This document shows, piece by piece, positions 1-12,614 of a stretch of DNA of 64,000 nucleotides; positions within the stretch are counted from its first letter, which is position 1, and every line of letters starts with the position of its first letter. Where the stretch lies: the IMG/VR virus record IMGVR_UViG_3300025759_000058. One strand, given 5' to 3'. The stretch comes from a virus. A program made the position numbers and the translations under genes. The notes under the pieces are model-generated. The model saw nothing but the letters and a program-made list of their open reading frames with translations, searched no databases and was not told the DNA's origin.

Positions 1-59
1 TAGACGATGAATATTGGTACGAACAGTATTCAAAAAAATACAAAAAAGAGTTGCTCAAA

Positions 60-91
60 TTTGAGCTTTTGGATTAAGTTTCTTATATTTA
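60..91 (+). promoter_or_regulatory. class I promoter (TTTG-N20-TATATTTA)
   Basis: TTTG at 60-63 and TATATTTA at 84-91. Same architecture as 13 other intergenic copies; resembles the Bacteroidota -33/-7 promoter. Confidence 0.65.
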
Positions 92-112
92 TATAAACAA
101 AACAGAGTTATT

Positions 113-409
113 ATGTTTAAATTCAAAGATGTTGATGTCACGTTTGACATGCGCAAAATGCCTAAGTATGATCAAGAGTATCTGAAAACCATGGCATACG
201 AAATGGTTCAGTCTCCGTCATTTTTGCATTCCGGAAAGTCGTTCAATCAAAAGTATCCTGGCGCTGCTAATTTTATGTACTTTGATAACTTTAATAAGAT
301 GGCATCTGCAATGTCAGAGTTTAATGATGGCTGGCATTATTATGTCTCTCATTTGCTCCATGGACGCAAGTATTGGTTGGCATGGACATTTCGTAGTAAG
401 GAAAATTAA
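113..409 (+). CDS. hypothetical protein
   Basis: 98 aa ORF downstream of the promoter; stop overlaps the queD start. Confidence 0.7.
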   Translation: MFKFKDVDVTFDMRKMPKYDQEYLKTMAYEMVQSPSFLHSGKSFNQKYPGAANFMYFDNFNKMASAMSEFNDGWHYYVSHLLHGRKYWLAWTFRSKEN

Positions 410-912
410 TGAAATTTCAATCTTCTAAATTATTCGACGGTTATTCAACCGTATTCCGACAATGGCGTGCTACAGGAACTCATTGTAAGTTTTTACATGG
501 TTATGCAATATCATTTCGTGTATGGTTTGAAGGCGAATTAGACGAACGTAATTGGGTTTGGGACTTCGGTGGAATGAAACGAGCTCAGACAAAAATTGAA
601 GGCGTAGAAGATGCCCATGGTCGTACAGTAATGCCTTTGACGCCTAAAGAATATTTTTCTTGGTTACTTGATCATACCGTAGTCGTAGCCGAAGATGATC
701 CATTTTTAGAAGAATTCAAAAAAATGGATACTCATGGTATAATTCAATTAAGAGTCTTGCCGGCAACAGGATGTGAACGATTTGCTGAGTATTTATTTAA
801 TCAGATAGATCAATTTTTGCAAATAGAAACCGACGGACGAGTTAGCGTCGCTAAAGTAGAGGTATATGAACATGATAAAAATAGTGCTAGCTTTTCTAAA
901 GAAAGCGTATAA
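409..912 (+). CDS. queD: 6-carboxytetrahydropterin synthase QueD
   Basis: HCKFLHGY motif (CxxxHG), WVWDFG, LDHT, C-terminal EVYE; clustered with queE and folE. Confidence 0.92.
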   Translation: MKFQSSKLFDGYSTVFRQWRATGTHCKFLHGYAISFRVWFEGELDERNWVWDFGGMKRAQTKIEGVEDAHGRTVMPLTPKEYFSWLLDHTVVVAEDDPFLEEFKKMDTHGIIQLRVLPATGCERFAEYLFNQIDQFLQIETDGRVSVAKVEVYEHDKNSASFSKESV

Positions 913-977
913 TTACTTAGAGTTTTTAGAAAAACATCGAATTAAAGCTATGATACATAGTGGTAGAGGATGGTAAT

Positions 978-1751
978 ATGAATAAACGAATAGAAGACTA
1001 TAATAAGACATTGCCGGTTGTAGAAGTATATGCATGTGTTCAATCGGAAGGAAGTCGCCAAGGAATGCCTACGATTGCAATTCGTACGACAGGATGCACC
1101 CACCGTTGTTGGTTTGGTGAAGGTGGATGGTGCGATAGCTGGTATACGAGTATCCATCCTGAAAAAGGCACGTTTACATTTAATGACATTATTAAAGCAT
1201 ATGATGATAATCCTCATATCAAAGAAATGATGTTAACGGGCGGTTCGCCGACAATGCATCCGGTACTAGTTAATGAGCTCACTCATTTTGCAAATGAACG
1301 TGATATAGTAATCACAATTGAAACAGAGGGGTCGCATTATGTGGAAACTGATTACCCAATTGGGCTTTTATCTCTTAGTCCGAAGTTTAGTAATTCTGTA
1401 CCTAGGGTGGGTATTTCTACACCGGCTGGTAAGGTGGTTGATGAACGATTTGTGGCCCAACATAATAAGTTTCGGTTACATAAAGAAAATATTCAAAAAA
1501 TGATCGACTTCCATACTAATTACCATTACAAGCCAGTATGGGATGGTACAGATAAAAATCTAAAAGAAATTGAAGAATTTCGTGTAGAACTTGGAATTCC
1601 AAAAAATAAAACATATATTATGCCAGCTGGTGATAATAGAGAGACATTGATTGAAATGTATCCTAAAACGATCGAGATGTGTACTCGAGAAGGTTATAAC
1701 TTTACCGGCAGAGAACATATTATTGCTTACAATACAGAACGCGGAGTATAA
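978..1751 (+). CDS. queE: 7-carboxy-7-deazaguanine synthase QueE (radical SAM)
   Basis: EVYACVQSEG, IRTTGCTHRC...WCDS, LTGGSP, IETEG, SLSPK motifs. ATG at 978 preferred over the TTG at 960. Confidence 0.92.
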   Translation: MNKRIEDYNKTLPVVEVYACVQSEGSRQGMPTIAIRTTGCTHRCWFGEGGWCDSWYTSIHPEKGTFTFNDIIKAYDDNPHIKEMMLTGGSPTMHPVLVNELTHFANERDIVITIETEGSHYVETDYPIGLLSLSPKFSNSVPRVGISTPAGKVVDERFVAQHNKFRLHKENIQKMIDFHTNYHYKPVWDGTDKNLKEIEEFRVELGIPKNKTYIMPAGDNRETLIEMYPKTIEMCTREGYNFTGREHIIAYNTERGV

Positions 1752-1752
1752 A

Positions 1753-2052
1753 ATGAAAATGATTCCTACAGGTGATTATCTCTTGCTTGAGAAGCAAGAA
1801 GAATCAAAAACGGCTAGTGGTATTATCTTGACAGGTAAAGAAAATACATTGGTATATGCAAAAGTAGTTGCAGCAGGTCCTGGTATTTTTACGCAGACCG
1901 GCGATAGAATTAAAATGGATATCCAAAAAGGCGATACCGTAGTAACGAGAGCTGATTTATTGCAAGGTCGCAGTAACCAGATTGATATCGATGGTAACAA
2001 ATATTATCTAGTGCGTGCATCAGAAATTTTAATGGCAGATGTTAATGAATAA
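1753..2052 (+). CDS. groES: co-chaperonin GroES
   Basis: PTGDYLL, KTASGIIL mobile loop, VVAAGPG, GDTVV, YLVRASEIL. Confidence 0.9.
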   Translation: MKMIPTGDYLLLEKQEESKTASGIILTGKENTLVYAKVVAAGPGIFTQTGDRIKMDIQKGDTVVTRADLLQGRSNQIDIDGNKYYLVRASEILMADVNE

Positions 2053-2719
2053 GGATATAAACTTAGAACTTGTTAAAGCAGGTTATGCTAACGGCGTAGC
2101 TCCCGGCCGACCGATGACAGAAAAAGAAAAGGCGTCTATGATACGAGATGCAGAGGAAGCATTTGGAAAATTCCTTGATGCTCTTAAATGTGATTGGCGT
2201 AATGATCCAAACTCTGATAAGACACCGTATAGAGTAGCAAAGGCATATGTAAATGATCTATGGGCAGGTCGCTACGAATCAGCACCTGATATCACGGCTT
2301 TCCCATCAGATGGTTATGATGGTATGGTATTTGAAGGCGGCATTCCATTAACAAGTATGTGTTCGCACCATCACCAGACGATCATGGGTCGAGTACATGT
2401 TGCATATATTCCAGGCGAAGAAAGTAAAGTCGTCGGTCTTAGTAAATTAAATCGCTTAGTTGAACACTTTGGTCGTCGTGGTGCAATACAAGAGCAATTG
2501 ACAGTTGCTATACACCATGCCATTGATTCTATTATTGACGATAACAAAGGCGTTGCTGTTATGATCGAAGCTACTCATAACTGTGTACAATGCCGAGGTG
2601 TTAAGCATGGCGGCGCTAGTATGAAGACTAGTAAATTAACTGGCGCATTTAAACAAGATGCGGCTACTAGAAATGAGTTTTATGAATTTGTGAGAGGATA
2701 TGGAAATATTAATTCCTGA
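2045..2719 (+). CDS. folE: GTP cyclohydrolase I FolE
   Basis: TPYRVAK, SMCSHH, VGLSKLNR, QEQLT, HNCVQCRGV. Confidence 0.95.
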   Translation: MNKDINLELVKAGYANGVAPGRPMTEKEKASMIRDAEEAFGKFLDALKCDWRNDPNSDKTPYRVAKAYVNDLWAGRYESAPDITAFPSDGYDGMVFEGGIPLTSMCSHHHQTIMGRVHVAYIPGEESKVVGLSKLNRLVEHFGRRGAIQEQLTVAIHHAIDSIIDDNKGVAVMIEATHNCVQCRGVKHGGASMKTSKLTGAFKQDAATRNEFYEFVRGYGNINS

Positions 2720-3206
2720 ATATAAGATCGAGCGCCGGGTTCGTGCCATGGCGCATAAGTTATCTGAAGAACATAAAAATAGCGGAAATTCATTGCCACC
2801 TGTAATGATATGCGTCTTAAATGGCGGATTCATGTTTTTTACAGATCTAGTCCGCGATATGGGTATTGATATACAAATTGATTTTATACGCCCAAAGTCA
2901 TATGATGGTAAAGATAATAGTAAAGGCGTGACATTTACAAAAGAATTAGAATTAGATCTTAAAGGTAAGCGTGTTTATATCGTAGAAGATATTATTGATA
3001 CGGGTAACACTATGATAGAAATTTTGCAGCGCGTGTCTGATAAGATGCCTGAGGATGTAAAAATTGTTACATTGGTTGAACGTAAAGATGCGACCATGCC
3101 AGCCGATCATGCATGTTTTACTATAGGCGATGAATGGGTTGTTGGGTATGGATTTGATGATAACTCACTCAAAAGAAATTACAGAAACATTTATAAAATA
3201 AACTAA
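2700..3206 (+). CDS. hpt: hypoxanthine/guanine phosphoribosyltransferase
   Basis: VLNGGFMFFTDL, PRPP-binding loop IVEDIIDTGNT, VVGYGFD. Confidence 0.92.
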   Translation: MEILIPEYKIERRVRAMAHKLSEEHKNSGNSLPPVMICVLNGGFMFFTDLVRDMGIDIQIDFIRPKSYDGKDNSKGVTFTKELELDLKGKRVYIVEDIIDTGNTMIEILQRVSDKMPEDVKIVTLVERKDATMPADHACFTIGDEWVVGYGFDDNSLKRNYRNIYKIN

Positions 3207-3418
3207 TGTGGTTAAATTATGAAACTGTCCGTAAGGGGTATAAGACAAAAGGTCCGGACTTACGTAACCTACCAGACCCCGATAAGCATCAAAAGATGTC
3301 ATTTATCAAATCTGGCATTAGGATTGCAGGTTATATTTGTATTCCCTTTAGTTTAATCACAGCGACTATTTTGCTAGTAGCAAGTGAAATTGTTGGTGTA
3401 ATAGAAGAATTAGTATGA
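3206..3418 (+). CDS. small membrane protein
   Basis: 70 aa with a hydrophobic C-terminal helix; translationally coupled on both sides. Confidence 0.65.
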   Translation: MWLNYETVRKGYKTKGPDLRNLPDPDKHQKMSFIKSGIRIAGYICIPFSLITATILLVASEIVGVIEELV

Positions 3419-3675
3419 AAAAGTTATTATATTTTAGTGCTGCATGGTGTGGGCCATGCCGCATGTTAGGTCCTGTTATGGAAGAAATTGCAGACGAAGG
3501 TATTATAGAAGTAGATAAAATTGATGTCGATGAAAACCAGGCATTGACTCAGCAGTATGGTGTACGTAATATTCCTACTGTTTTACTTGTTGATGATACT
3601 GGCAAGGAAGTTGCAAAAAAGGTCGGCGCGAATCCGAAGACAACATATATTGAAATGATTAATGAGAATTCGTAA
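3415..3675 (+). CDS. trxA: thioredoxin
   Basis: WCGPC active site and the cis-Pro loop IPT. Confidence 0.95.
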   Translation: MKKLLYFSAAWCGPCRMLGPVMEEIADEGIIEVDKIDVDENQALTQQYGVRNIPTVLLVDDTGKEVAKKVGANPKTTYIEMINENS

Positions 3676-6156
3676 ATGTATCAAGCGATAGCATATCGAA
3701 ACAAAGATAATTCGATACATATCTGGGATGATACTAAAGGATATTATTCTTTTAAATACCAGCCATATGCTTATCGTAAAGCCACATATGGTGAACATGT
3801 TGCACTCGATGGCGAGCGTGTCACAAAGATATCAGAGTTTGATCGTAACGAGCCCGGGCTATATGAACATGACATCAATCCAGAAACTCGTACGTTAATT
3901 GATCTATACACAGATTCAGATGAATCGTCTGTAGGCCATTCTACACTGTTTATTGATATTGAGGTTGATGTTGAAGACGGATTTCCTACACCTGAAACAG
4001 CGGAAAATGAAATAACATCTATTGCAATTTACGACGCCGCTGGCGATGAAAAGTTTGTATGGATTTTAGATCCATCTGGTCAAGTGCCTAATTTAAAACA
4101 AGGTAATTTAGAGACAGTTTCATGTAAGAGCGAGTATGAGCTACTTCAAAAGTTTATGTCTAAATACTTCGAGATTCAGCCTACAATTATAACTGGGTGG
4201 AATATTGATTTCTTTGATATTCCCTATCTTTATAACCGTATGGTAAATGTAATGGGCGAATCTTTTGCTAGAAAGTTATCACCTATTAATGATGTTATTT
4301 GGCTTAAACATCGCAATCGATATCGAATATCCGGCGTATCGTGCTTAGACTATATGGCATTGTACAAAAACTTTACATATTCTCAAGAATCTAGTTATTC
4401 GCTAGAGGCAATATCTCAAAAAGAATTAGGTAAAGGTAAACTTAAGTATGAAGGTACATTGGATACTTTGTTAAAAACAGATATTCAAAAGTACGTTGAT
4501 TATAACATGAACGATGTTGACCTGGTAGTTGAGTTAGATCAGAAAATGAAATTGATCGATCTAGCACGTGGTATCTGCCATAAAGGTCATGTGCCATATG
4601 AAGATTTCCTTTTTGCTACTAGATACCTTGATGGCGCGGCATTAACTTATTTAAAGCGACAAGACATTGTAGCACCTAGTCGTAAGCCACGTGATTCCGA
4701 TGAACCTTTAGATCTGTTAGGAGCCTTTGTTAAGGCACCAAATCCGGGTCGTTATAAATGGGTATACGACCTTGACTTGACATCGCTGTATCCTAGCATT
4801 ATTATGACACTTAATGTATCGCCTGAAACGAAAGTGACTAAGCTTAGTAACTTTGACGGTACTAAGTATGTAAAAGGATTAGGACAACATTATACTGACG
4901 GTTGGAATGGATGGGAGGATAGCAACGAGCTGCAAATCTATCTACAGAAAAATTTATATTCTATTGCAGCAAATGGCGTAGTGTATGATACAAAGATAAA
5001 TGGATTTCTCCCATCCATTCTTCGTAAATGGTTTGATGAACGTGTAGAATTCAAAAACTTACGTAAACGGTATGAAAAGGAAGGCGATGCTGCGAAAGCA
5101 GAATACTTTGACCGTATGCAGTTAGTTACTAAAATTCTTCTTAACTCGTTCTACGGCGTACTAGGTAATCCAGGTTTTAGATTCTTTGATCCAGATAATG
5201 CGGTTGCAATTACATCGACTGGTCAGCAGTTGATCAAATTTACGGCAGATATAGGCAATCAATATTACAAGAATGAGTTAGGAGTAGATAAAGATTATTG
5301 TATTTACACTGATACTGATTCAACGTTTTTCTCATCATTACCAATTATTAAAAAGCGGTATCCAGACTTTGATATATCAGATGAAGAATGGATGGCAAAG
5401 AAAACAATTGAAGTTGCTAGTGAAGTTCAAGATTTTATCAACAAAGCGTATGATATGTATGGCAAACGATTCCATAATGTAGATACGCATAGATTTGACA
5501 TTAAACAAGAATTTGTAGCTAAAGCCGGTCTATGGATTGCAAAGAAACGTTATGCACAATGGTTAATTAATCAAGAAGGTCATACGATTTCTAGACTAGA
5601 TGTGAAAGGATTAGATGTTGTACGATCATCATTTCCTCCAGCCTTCCGTAAATTTATGGCTGAGGTGTTAGAGGATATTCTTAATGATATCGATAAAGTT
5701 GCGTTGGATGAAAAAATCTTAGCATTTAAGGAATCAATTAAAGACCGAGACTTGCTAGATATCATGTTTCCAGTTGGCGTTAAAAATGTAACAAAATATG
5801 TTACAAAAGGAGCTAAGCCATTTGCTCCGCCGGCCAAAGGTACGCCGGTTCATGTGAAGTCGGCTATCAATTACAATGATATGTTAAAACATCATAATAT
5901 TCGTAGCGTTCGAGAAATTATCAACGGTGAAAAAATTAAATGGACATATGTTAAACAAAATCCGATGCATCTCAATACTATTGCAATGAAAGGATATGAG
6001 GATCCAGATGTTATTATCAATTTTATTAAACAGTTTATTGACCATGATAAGATTTTTAAGTCATCATTTGAAAATAAGCTCAATGATTTTTATGATGCAT
6101 TAGATTGGGGTCGTATCCCTGAGAATAACAACTTAGGAAAGTTTTTTGCATTTTAA
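3676..6156 (+). CDS. family B DNA polymerase (T4 gp43-like)
   Basis: Exonuclease motifs DIE, GWNIDFFD and YNMND; polymerase motifs DLTSLYPS, KILLNSFYG, YTDTDS, KKRY. Confidence 0.97.
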   Translation: MYQAIAYRNKDNSIHIWDDTKGYYSFKYQPYAYRKATYGEHVALDGERVTKISEFDRNEPGLYEHDINPETRTLIDLYTDSDESSVGHSTLFIDIEVDVEDGFPTPETAENEITSIAIYDAAGDEKFVWILDPSGQVPNLKQGNLETVSCKSEYELLQKFMSKYFEIQPTIITGWNIDFFDIPYLYNRMVNVMGESFARKLSPINDVIWLKHRNRYRISGVSCLDYMALYKNFTYSQESSYSLEAISQKELGKGKLKYEGTLDTLLKTDIQKYVDYNMNDVDLVVELDQKMKLIDLARGICHKGHVPYEDFLFATRYLDGAALTYLKRQDIVAPSRKPRDSDEPLDLLGAFVKAPNPGRYKWVYDLDLTSLYPSIIMTLNVSPETKVTKLSNFDGTKYVKGLGQHYTDGWNGWEDSNELQIYLQKNLYSIAANGVVYDTKINGFLPSILRKWFDERVEFKNLRKRYEKEGDAAKAEYFDRMQLVTKILLNSFYGVLGNPGFRFFDPDNAVAITSTGQQLIKFTADIGNQYYKNELGVDKDYCIYTDTDSTFFSSLPIIKKRYPDFDISDEEWMAKKTIEVASEVQDFINKAYDMYGKRFHNVDTHRFDIKQEFVAKAGLWIAKKRYAQWLINQEGHTISRLDVKGLDVVRSSFPPAFRKFMAEVLEDILNDIDKVALDEKILAFKESIKDRDLLDIMFPVGVKNVTKYVTKGAKPFAPPAKGTPVHVKSAINYNDMLKHHNIRSVREIINGEKIKWTYVKQNPMHLNTIAMKGYEDPDVIINFIKQFIDHDKIFKSSFENKLNDFYDALDWGRIPENNNLGKFFAF

Positions 6157-6188
6157 TTTGGTTATTGAAGAAAAACAACTTATATTTA
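6157..6188 (+). promoter_or_regulatory. class I promoter driving the hypothetical-GT-dpdA-clamp operon
   Basis: TTTG-N20-TATATTTA, with ATG 4 nt downstream. Confidence 0.7.
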
Positions 6189-6192
6189 AGTC

Positions 6193-6627
6193 ATGATAGG
6201 TTACAAAGATACATGGGTCGGTATGGAATGCGAAGGGCGTTTATCCGACATTGAAACATTGTTTGTTGGCTCATTAGGTAATGAATGGGATGAACAAAAA
6301 GATAAATGGATTTTGCAGCAGCATGTCTATTTCTGTTCTCCAGCTGTTGAGCAAATGATTGAGTCAGGCAATTGGCCTGAGATGTTTAACTTCTTGTCGA
6401 CGACCTCGAGGCTAGTAACGTTTGAGGTACCCGAAGGCAAGTTGCATATGATTCCAGCTCAGATCCGTAATATGGTTCATATTATGTACATGTTCCATTC
6501 GCCTGATTTCGAATTACTTAAGTCGAATGATTCAATGAAAGTAGTACATGGCGATTATCGATTGCATTGTATTACTAAATGCAATATGCAGGAAGTAACT
6601 CCGGATGGGTATAAACATGACAAATAA
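6193..6627 (+). CDS. hypothetical protein, first gene of the dpdA operon
   Basis: 144 aa with a GMECEGR...TLFV segment; overlaps the next gene. Confidence 0.75.
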   Translation: MIGYKDTWVGMECEGRLSDIETLFVGSLGNEWDEQKDKWILQQHVYFCSPAVEQMIESGNWPEMFNFLSTTSRLVTFEVPEGKLHMIPAQIRNMVHIMYMFHSPDFELLKSNDSMKVVHGDYRLHCITKCNMQEVTPDGYKHDK

Positions 6628-7669
6628 TACAATATACATTGTCGATTTAGAAGCGGTAGAAACTAGATATACTGCTCAATGGAAGACTCATATTCCTAAA
6701 TTGTTACTGGAAACGGTAACTGCAGATAAAATCGTAACAATATCCGGACCTACAGATATTCCTGATGCAACGACGCCTGGAGCCTTTTTAAACTTTGGCG
6801 GTACGAATATCTACAAAAGTGATCAGATGATGCAGATTGCTAGGCTATTTACTGAAGGTAAAGTCAAAGAAGGTGATCATTTTATTTATACGGATGCCTG
6901 GAATCCTACGATATTGCAACTAAAGTATATGAGTCAGTTGTTACAGATTCCTGTAAAGATTCATGGCCTATGGCATGCTGGTAATTATGATAAAAATGAT
7001 TTTTTAGGGCGTCTGATTACTAATCAATGGGTGACAGATGCTGAGTTCGCCATGGCACGTGCTATTGATTACAACTGGTTCGCATCAGATTATCATATCA
7101 AGTTGTTTAGAGATACATTTGGTTATGCAGATATAAAATGTTTTCGTACAGGATGGCCAATGGAGTATCTAAAAGATCTCATTAAAAAAAATCTTAAACG
7201 CGATTTAATACTTTTCCCTCATAGAATTGCACCGGAAAAGCAAGTTGAGATATTTAAAGATTTGGCAAAGCAGTTGCCTGAATATAAGTTTGTTATTTGC
7301 CAAGAAGAAGAATTATCTAAAGATCAATATCATAAGCTACTTGGACAAAGTAAAATGGTATTTTCGGCAAATTTACAAGAGACGTTGGGTATATCATGTT
7401 ACGAAGGTGCATTGGCAGGCGCAATGCCATTAGTTCCAGACCGTTTAAGTTATACAGAAATGTATGATGATACGTTTAAATATCCAAGTGAATGGACAGA
7501 GTCATACGAAGCGTATGAAGCTAATAAAGATAAATTAATTACACATATACGTATTATGATGAATGAGTTCGATCGTAAAGTAAACACAATTGCTGCCCAG
7601 GCAGAGTTTTTACACGATCAGTATTTTTCATGTACAGGTTTACAGAGATTGTTAAATGGACAAGCCTAA
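6617..7669 (+). CDS. GT-B fold glycosyltransferase
   Basis: FPHRIAPEKQ and QETLGISCYEG resemble GT4 donor-binding motifs (R..xxK and E-x7-E); overlaps dpdA. Confidence 0.8.
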   Translation: MTNNTIYIVDLEAVETRYTAQWKTHIPKLLLETVTADKIVTISGPTDIPDATTPGAFLNFGGTNIYKSDQMMQIARLFTEGKVKEGDHFIYTDAWNPTILQLKYMSQLLQIPVKIHGLWHAGNYDKNDFLGRLITNQWVTDAEFAMARAIDYNWFASDYHIKLFRDTFGYADIKCFRTGWPMEYLKDLIKKNLKRDLILFPHRIAPEKQVEIFKDLAKQLPEYKFVICQEEELSKDQYHKLLGQSKMVFSANLQETLGISCYEGALAGAMPLVPDRLSYTEMYDDTFKYPSEWTESYEAYEANKDKLITHIRIMMNEFDRKVNTIAAQAEFLHDQYFSCTGLQRLLNGQA

Positions 7670-8858
7670 AGAGTTTATATATTTTCCGTCATTATCTGCC
7701 GGCGGATTTGCCTCTGCGTTGATAAAAGACCAAAAACTTTCATCGGGGGTTTCTTGTAGATTTTATTCTGATGAGTATCCGGAAGAATTTCGACATAAAT
7801 ATTTTCTTGTAACTGCAGGACATTACTATAAGAAAATGGATATACGTCAACAAATGGGTTTAGGTAAAGATGTATTAGTCTTTGGCGACTCTGGTGGCTA
7901 TCAAATTGCAACTGGTGCATTGAAGTATAGCAATGATTTACGAGAGAAGATTTTTCATTGGTTAGAGGCTAATTCCGATGTTGCAGCGAATTTAGATATA
8001 CCACCTAAGACGGTATACGAGAATAAGTTTTATCAATGTGCTGACATTAGCTTTGATAATTTCGCATGGTTTGAAAAACACCAGTCTGGTAAGACTAAGT
8101 TTCTTAATATGTTGCAAGGATCTAATCCTCAAGAATATGATTGGTGGTATCACAAGTTTAAGCATTTTGAGTTCTCCGGTTGGGCAATTGGCGGTCCGCA
8201 AAAGTTAGTTGATTTTATGTGGGCATTGGCATTAATGCTTAAAAATAGAGAATTTGAAAATAAAAATTTAGAGTATCTGCATTTGTTAGGTATTTCAAAA
8301 TTATCAGATTTCTTTATTTTATCGACGATTCAAAAGTTGATGAATAAGCACTTTGATAATAGAATAACAGTTACAACGGATTCTAGTTCTCCAGGACAAT
8401 ATCCTGTATATGGAACGTATTTACATTCGCATAATATCAAAAAATTATCATTCTCAGATGTATATATGCCAAAAGGCGATAACATTCCAGAATTAGAAAA
8501 GGATGTACATGTACCGTGTAGTTTAGATTGCCCGGCATGTAAAGACTTTGTTTGGGGTATGTTAGAAGAGTATAACAAAGATGCCGTACCGCGTATGGTT
8601 TTGCATAATGTTCATCTATTCCAGCATTCCATTAAAGAAGTAAATAAAATAGTAGCCGCTCATCCAGAAGTAGCTCAATATATGGTACCTGACAACTTAG
8701 CTGCAGTACTGCGTAGTATTCATGAAATGTTTGAAGATCCTGATAAAGCGATTACAACATATGAAAAGTATAAGCAATACTATCAAAAGTTTGGAGGACA
8801 AAGTATTACAACAATCAATAAAGATATTTTTAATCAGTTTTTTGAAGAGAAGAAATAA
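7656..8858 (+). CDS. dpdA: DpdA-like 7-deazaguanine DNA transglycosylase (TGT superfamily)
   Basis: DSGGYQ, LDIPP, LQG, HLLG, TDSSS and a C-terminal Zn site CSLDCPAC...HN; lies near queD/queE/folE. Confidence 0.85.
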   Translation: MDKPKEFIYFPSLSAGGFASALIKDQKLSSGVSCRFYSDEYPEEFRHKYFLVTAGHYYKKMDIRQQMGLGKDVLVFGDSGGYQIATGALKYSNDLREKIFHWLEANSDVAANLDIPPKTVYENKFYQCADISFDNFAWFEKHQSGKTKFLNMLQGSNPQEYDWWYHKFKHFEFSGWAIGGPQKLVDFMWALALMLKNREFENKNLEYLHLLGISKLSDFFILSTIQKLMNKHFDNRITVTTDSSSPGQYPVYGTYLHSHNIKKLSFSDVYMPKGDNIPELEKDVHVPCSLDCPACKDFVWGMLEEYNKDAVPRMVLHNVHLFQHSIKEVNKIVAAHPEVAQYMVPDNLAAVLRSIHEMFEDPDKAITTYEKYKQYYQKFGGQSITTINKDIFNQFFEEKK

Positions 8859-9589
8859 TGAAGAAAACAGACTTACTAAACTTCGTAAGCCGCTATCATT
8901 TAGCAGGAGCAACGACATCAGTGAAATGGGAGGTTCCTGGAGATGGCGTTGTTAAGACAAAATTTATTACGGATGATCAGAATGTTATTGGCGAAGTGAC
9001 TCTTAACAATGATGCGTTAGATAATGGTTCTGAAAAAGAGCTAGGCGTATATGCAACGCCTCAGTTAGTCAAAATGTTATCAGCTGTAAATGAGGATATT
9101 GACGTAAAAATTAATTCAATTGATTCTAAAGCAGTTTCAATGGGCATTAAAGATAAGGACATGAATATGACATTTATGTTAGCAGACTTGTCAGTAATTA
9201 GACAAGTACCTGATCTAAAGAATACGCCAGATTGGAATGTGACTGTTGATATTGATAAGGACTTTATGACTAAGTTCATTAAAGCAAAAAATGCATTGCC
9301 AGAGTCAGAAAACTTCGGTGTTCGATGTGAGAACGGCCGTGTTGAATTTATTTTGAATTATTCTTCTATTAACAATAATCGTATTACATATGGATTCAAT
9401 AATGAAAGTTCAGATGATATGTCAGTTGTATGTTTCTCATCAAATCTTCTTAAAGAGATTTTGACGGCAAATAAAGATGCTACTACTGGTAAGTTAGAAG
9501 TATCGTCCGCCGGCTTAGCTCGCGCTTCGTTTGAAACGGCCGGTGAATTTGAGTCTACATATTATTTGGTACAATTGCAAGCTAGTTAA
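8858..9589 (+). CDS. sliding clamp (gp45/PCNA-like)
   Basis: 243 aa acidic two-domain protein ending STYYL; positioned between polymerase and clamp loader. Confidence 0.75.
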   Translation: MKKTDLLNFVSRYHLAGATTSVKWEVPGDGVVKTKFITDDQNVIGEVTLNNDALDNGSEKELGVYATPQLVKMLSAVNEDIDVKINSIDSKAVSMGIKDKDMNMTFMLADLSVIRQVPDLKNTPDWNVTVDIDKDFMTKFIKAKNALPESENFGVRCENGRVEFILNYSSINNNRITYGFNNESSDDMSVVCFSSNLLKEILTANKDATTGKLEVSSAGLARASFETAGEFESTYYLVQLQAS

Positions 9590-9591
9590 TT

Positions 9592-10032
9592 ATGATTGAC
9601 GTAAAATTTAAAAAGTTAACACCTAAGGCAGTTACACCATCATATGCAAAGCCAGGAGATGCGGGTATGGATGTAACTGCGGTAGGCCATAAGATAGACC
9701 CGAACAATAATTTTATAGAATATCATACGGGGTTAGCATTAGAGATTCCGGAGGGATATGTAGGATTGCTGTTTCCTCGTTCATCTGTATCTAAAACAGA
9801 TCTTCGATTGGCTAACTGTGTAGGTGTAGTAGATTCAGGGTATCGGGGTGAAATTACATTTAGATATAAGTTTCAAAAAGATGCGTATTTTGCTAGCCTT
9901 AAACGATATCAAGATGGAGAACGAGTCGGTCAATTAGTTGTAATGCCATATCCACAAGTCAATTTGATAGAAGCAGAAGAATTATCAGAAACAATGCGTG
10001 GCAAAGGAGGTTACGGGTCAACAGGTAAATAA
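9592..10032 (+). CDS. dut: trimeric dUTPase
   Basis: AGMD, PRSS, GVVDSGYRGE, RVGQL, RGKGGYGSTG. Confidence 0.97.
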   Translation: MIDVKFKKLTPKAVTPSYAKPGDAGMDVTAVGHKIDPNNNFIEYHTGLALEIPEGYVGLLFPRSSVSKTDLRLANCVGVVDSGYRGEITFRYKFQKDAYFASLKRYQDGERVGQLVVMPYPQVNLIEAEELSETMRGKGGYGSTGK

Positions 10033-10033
10033 A

Positions 10034-12582
<2,549 letters not shown>

Positions 12583-12614
12583 GTTGATAAAAAGATTATA
12601 TATTAGGAAATATA

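Noticed and set aside
3676-6156. Intein or intron in the DNA polymerase
   Set aside because: 826 aa with normally spaced motifs; no insertion is evident.
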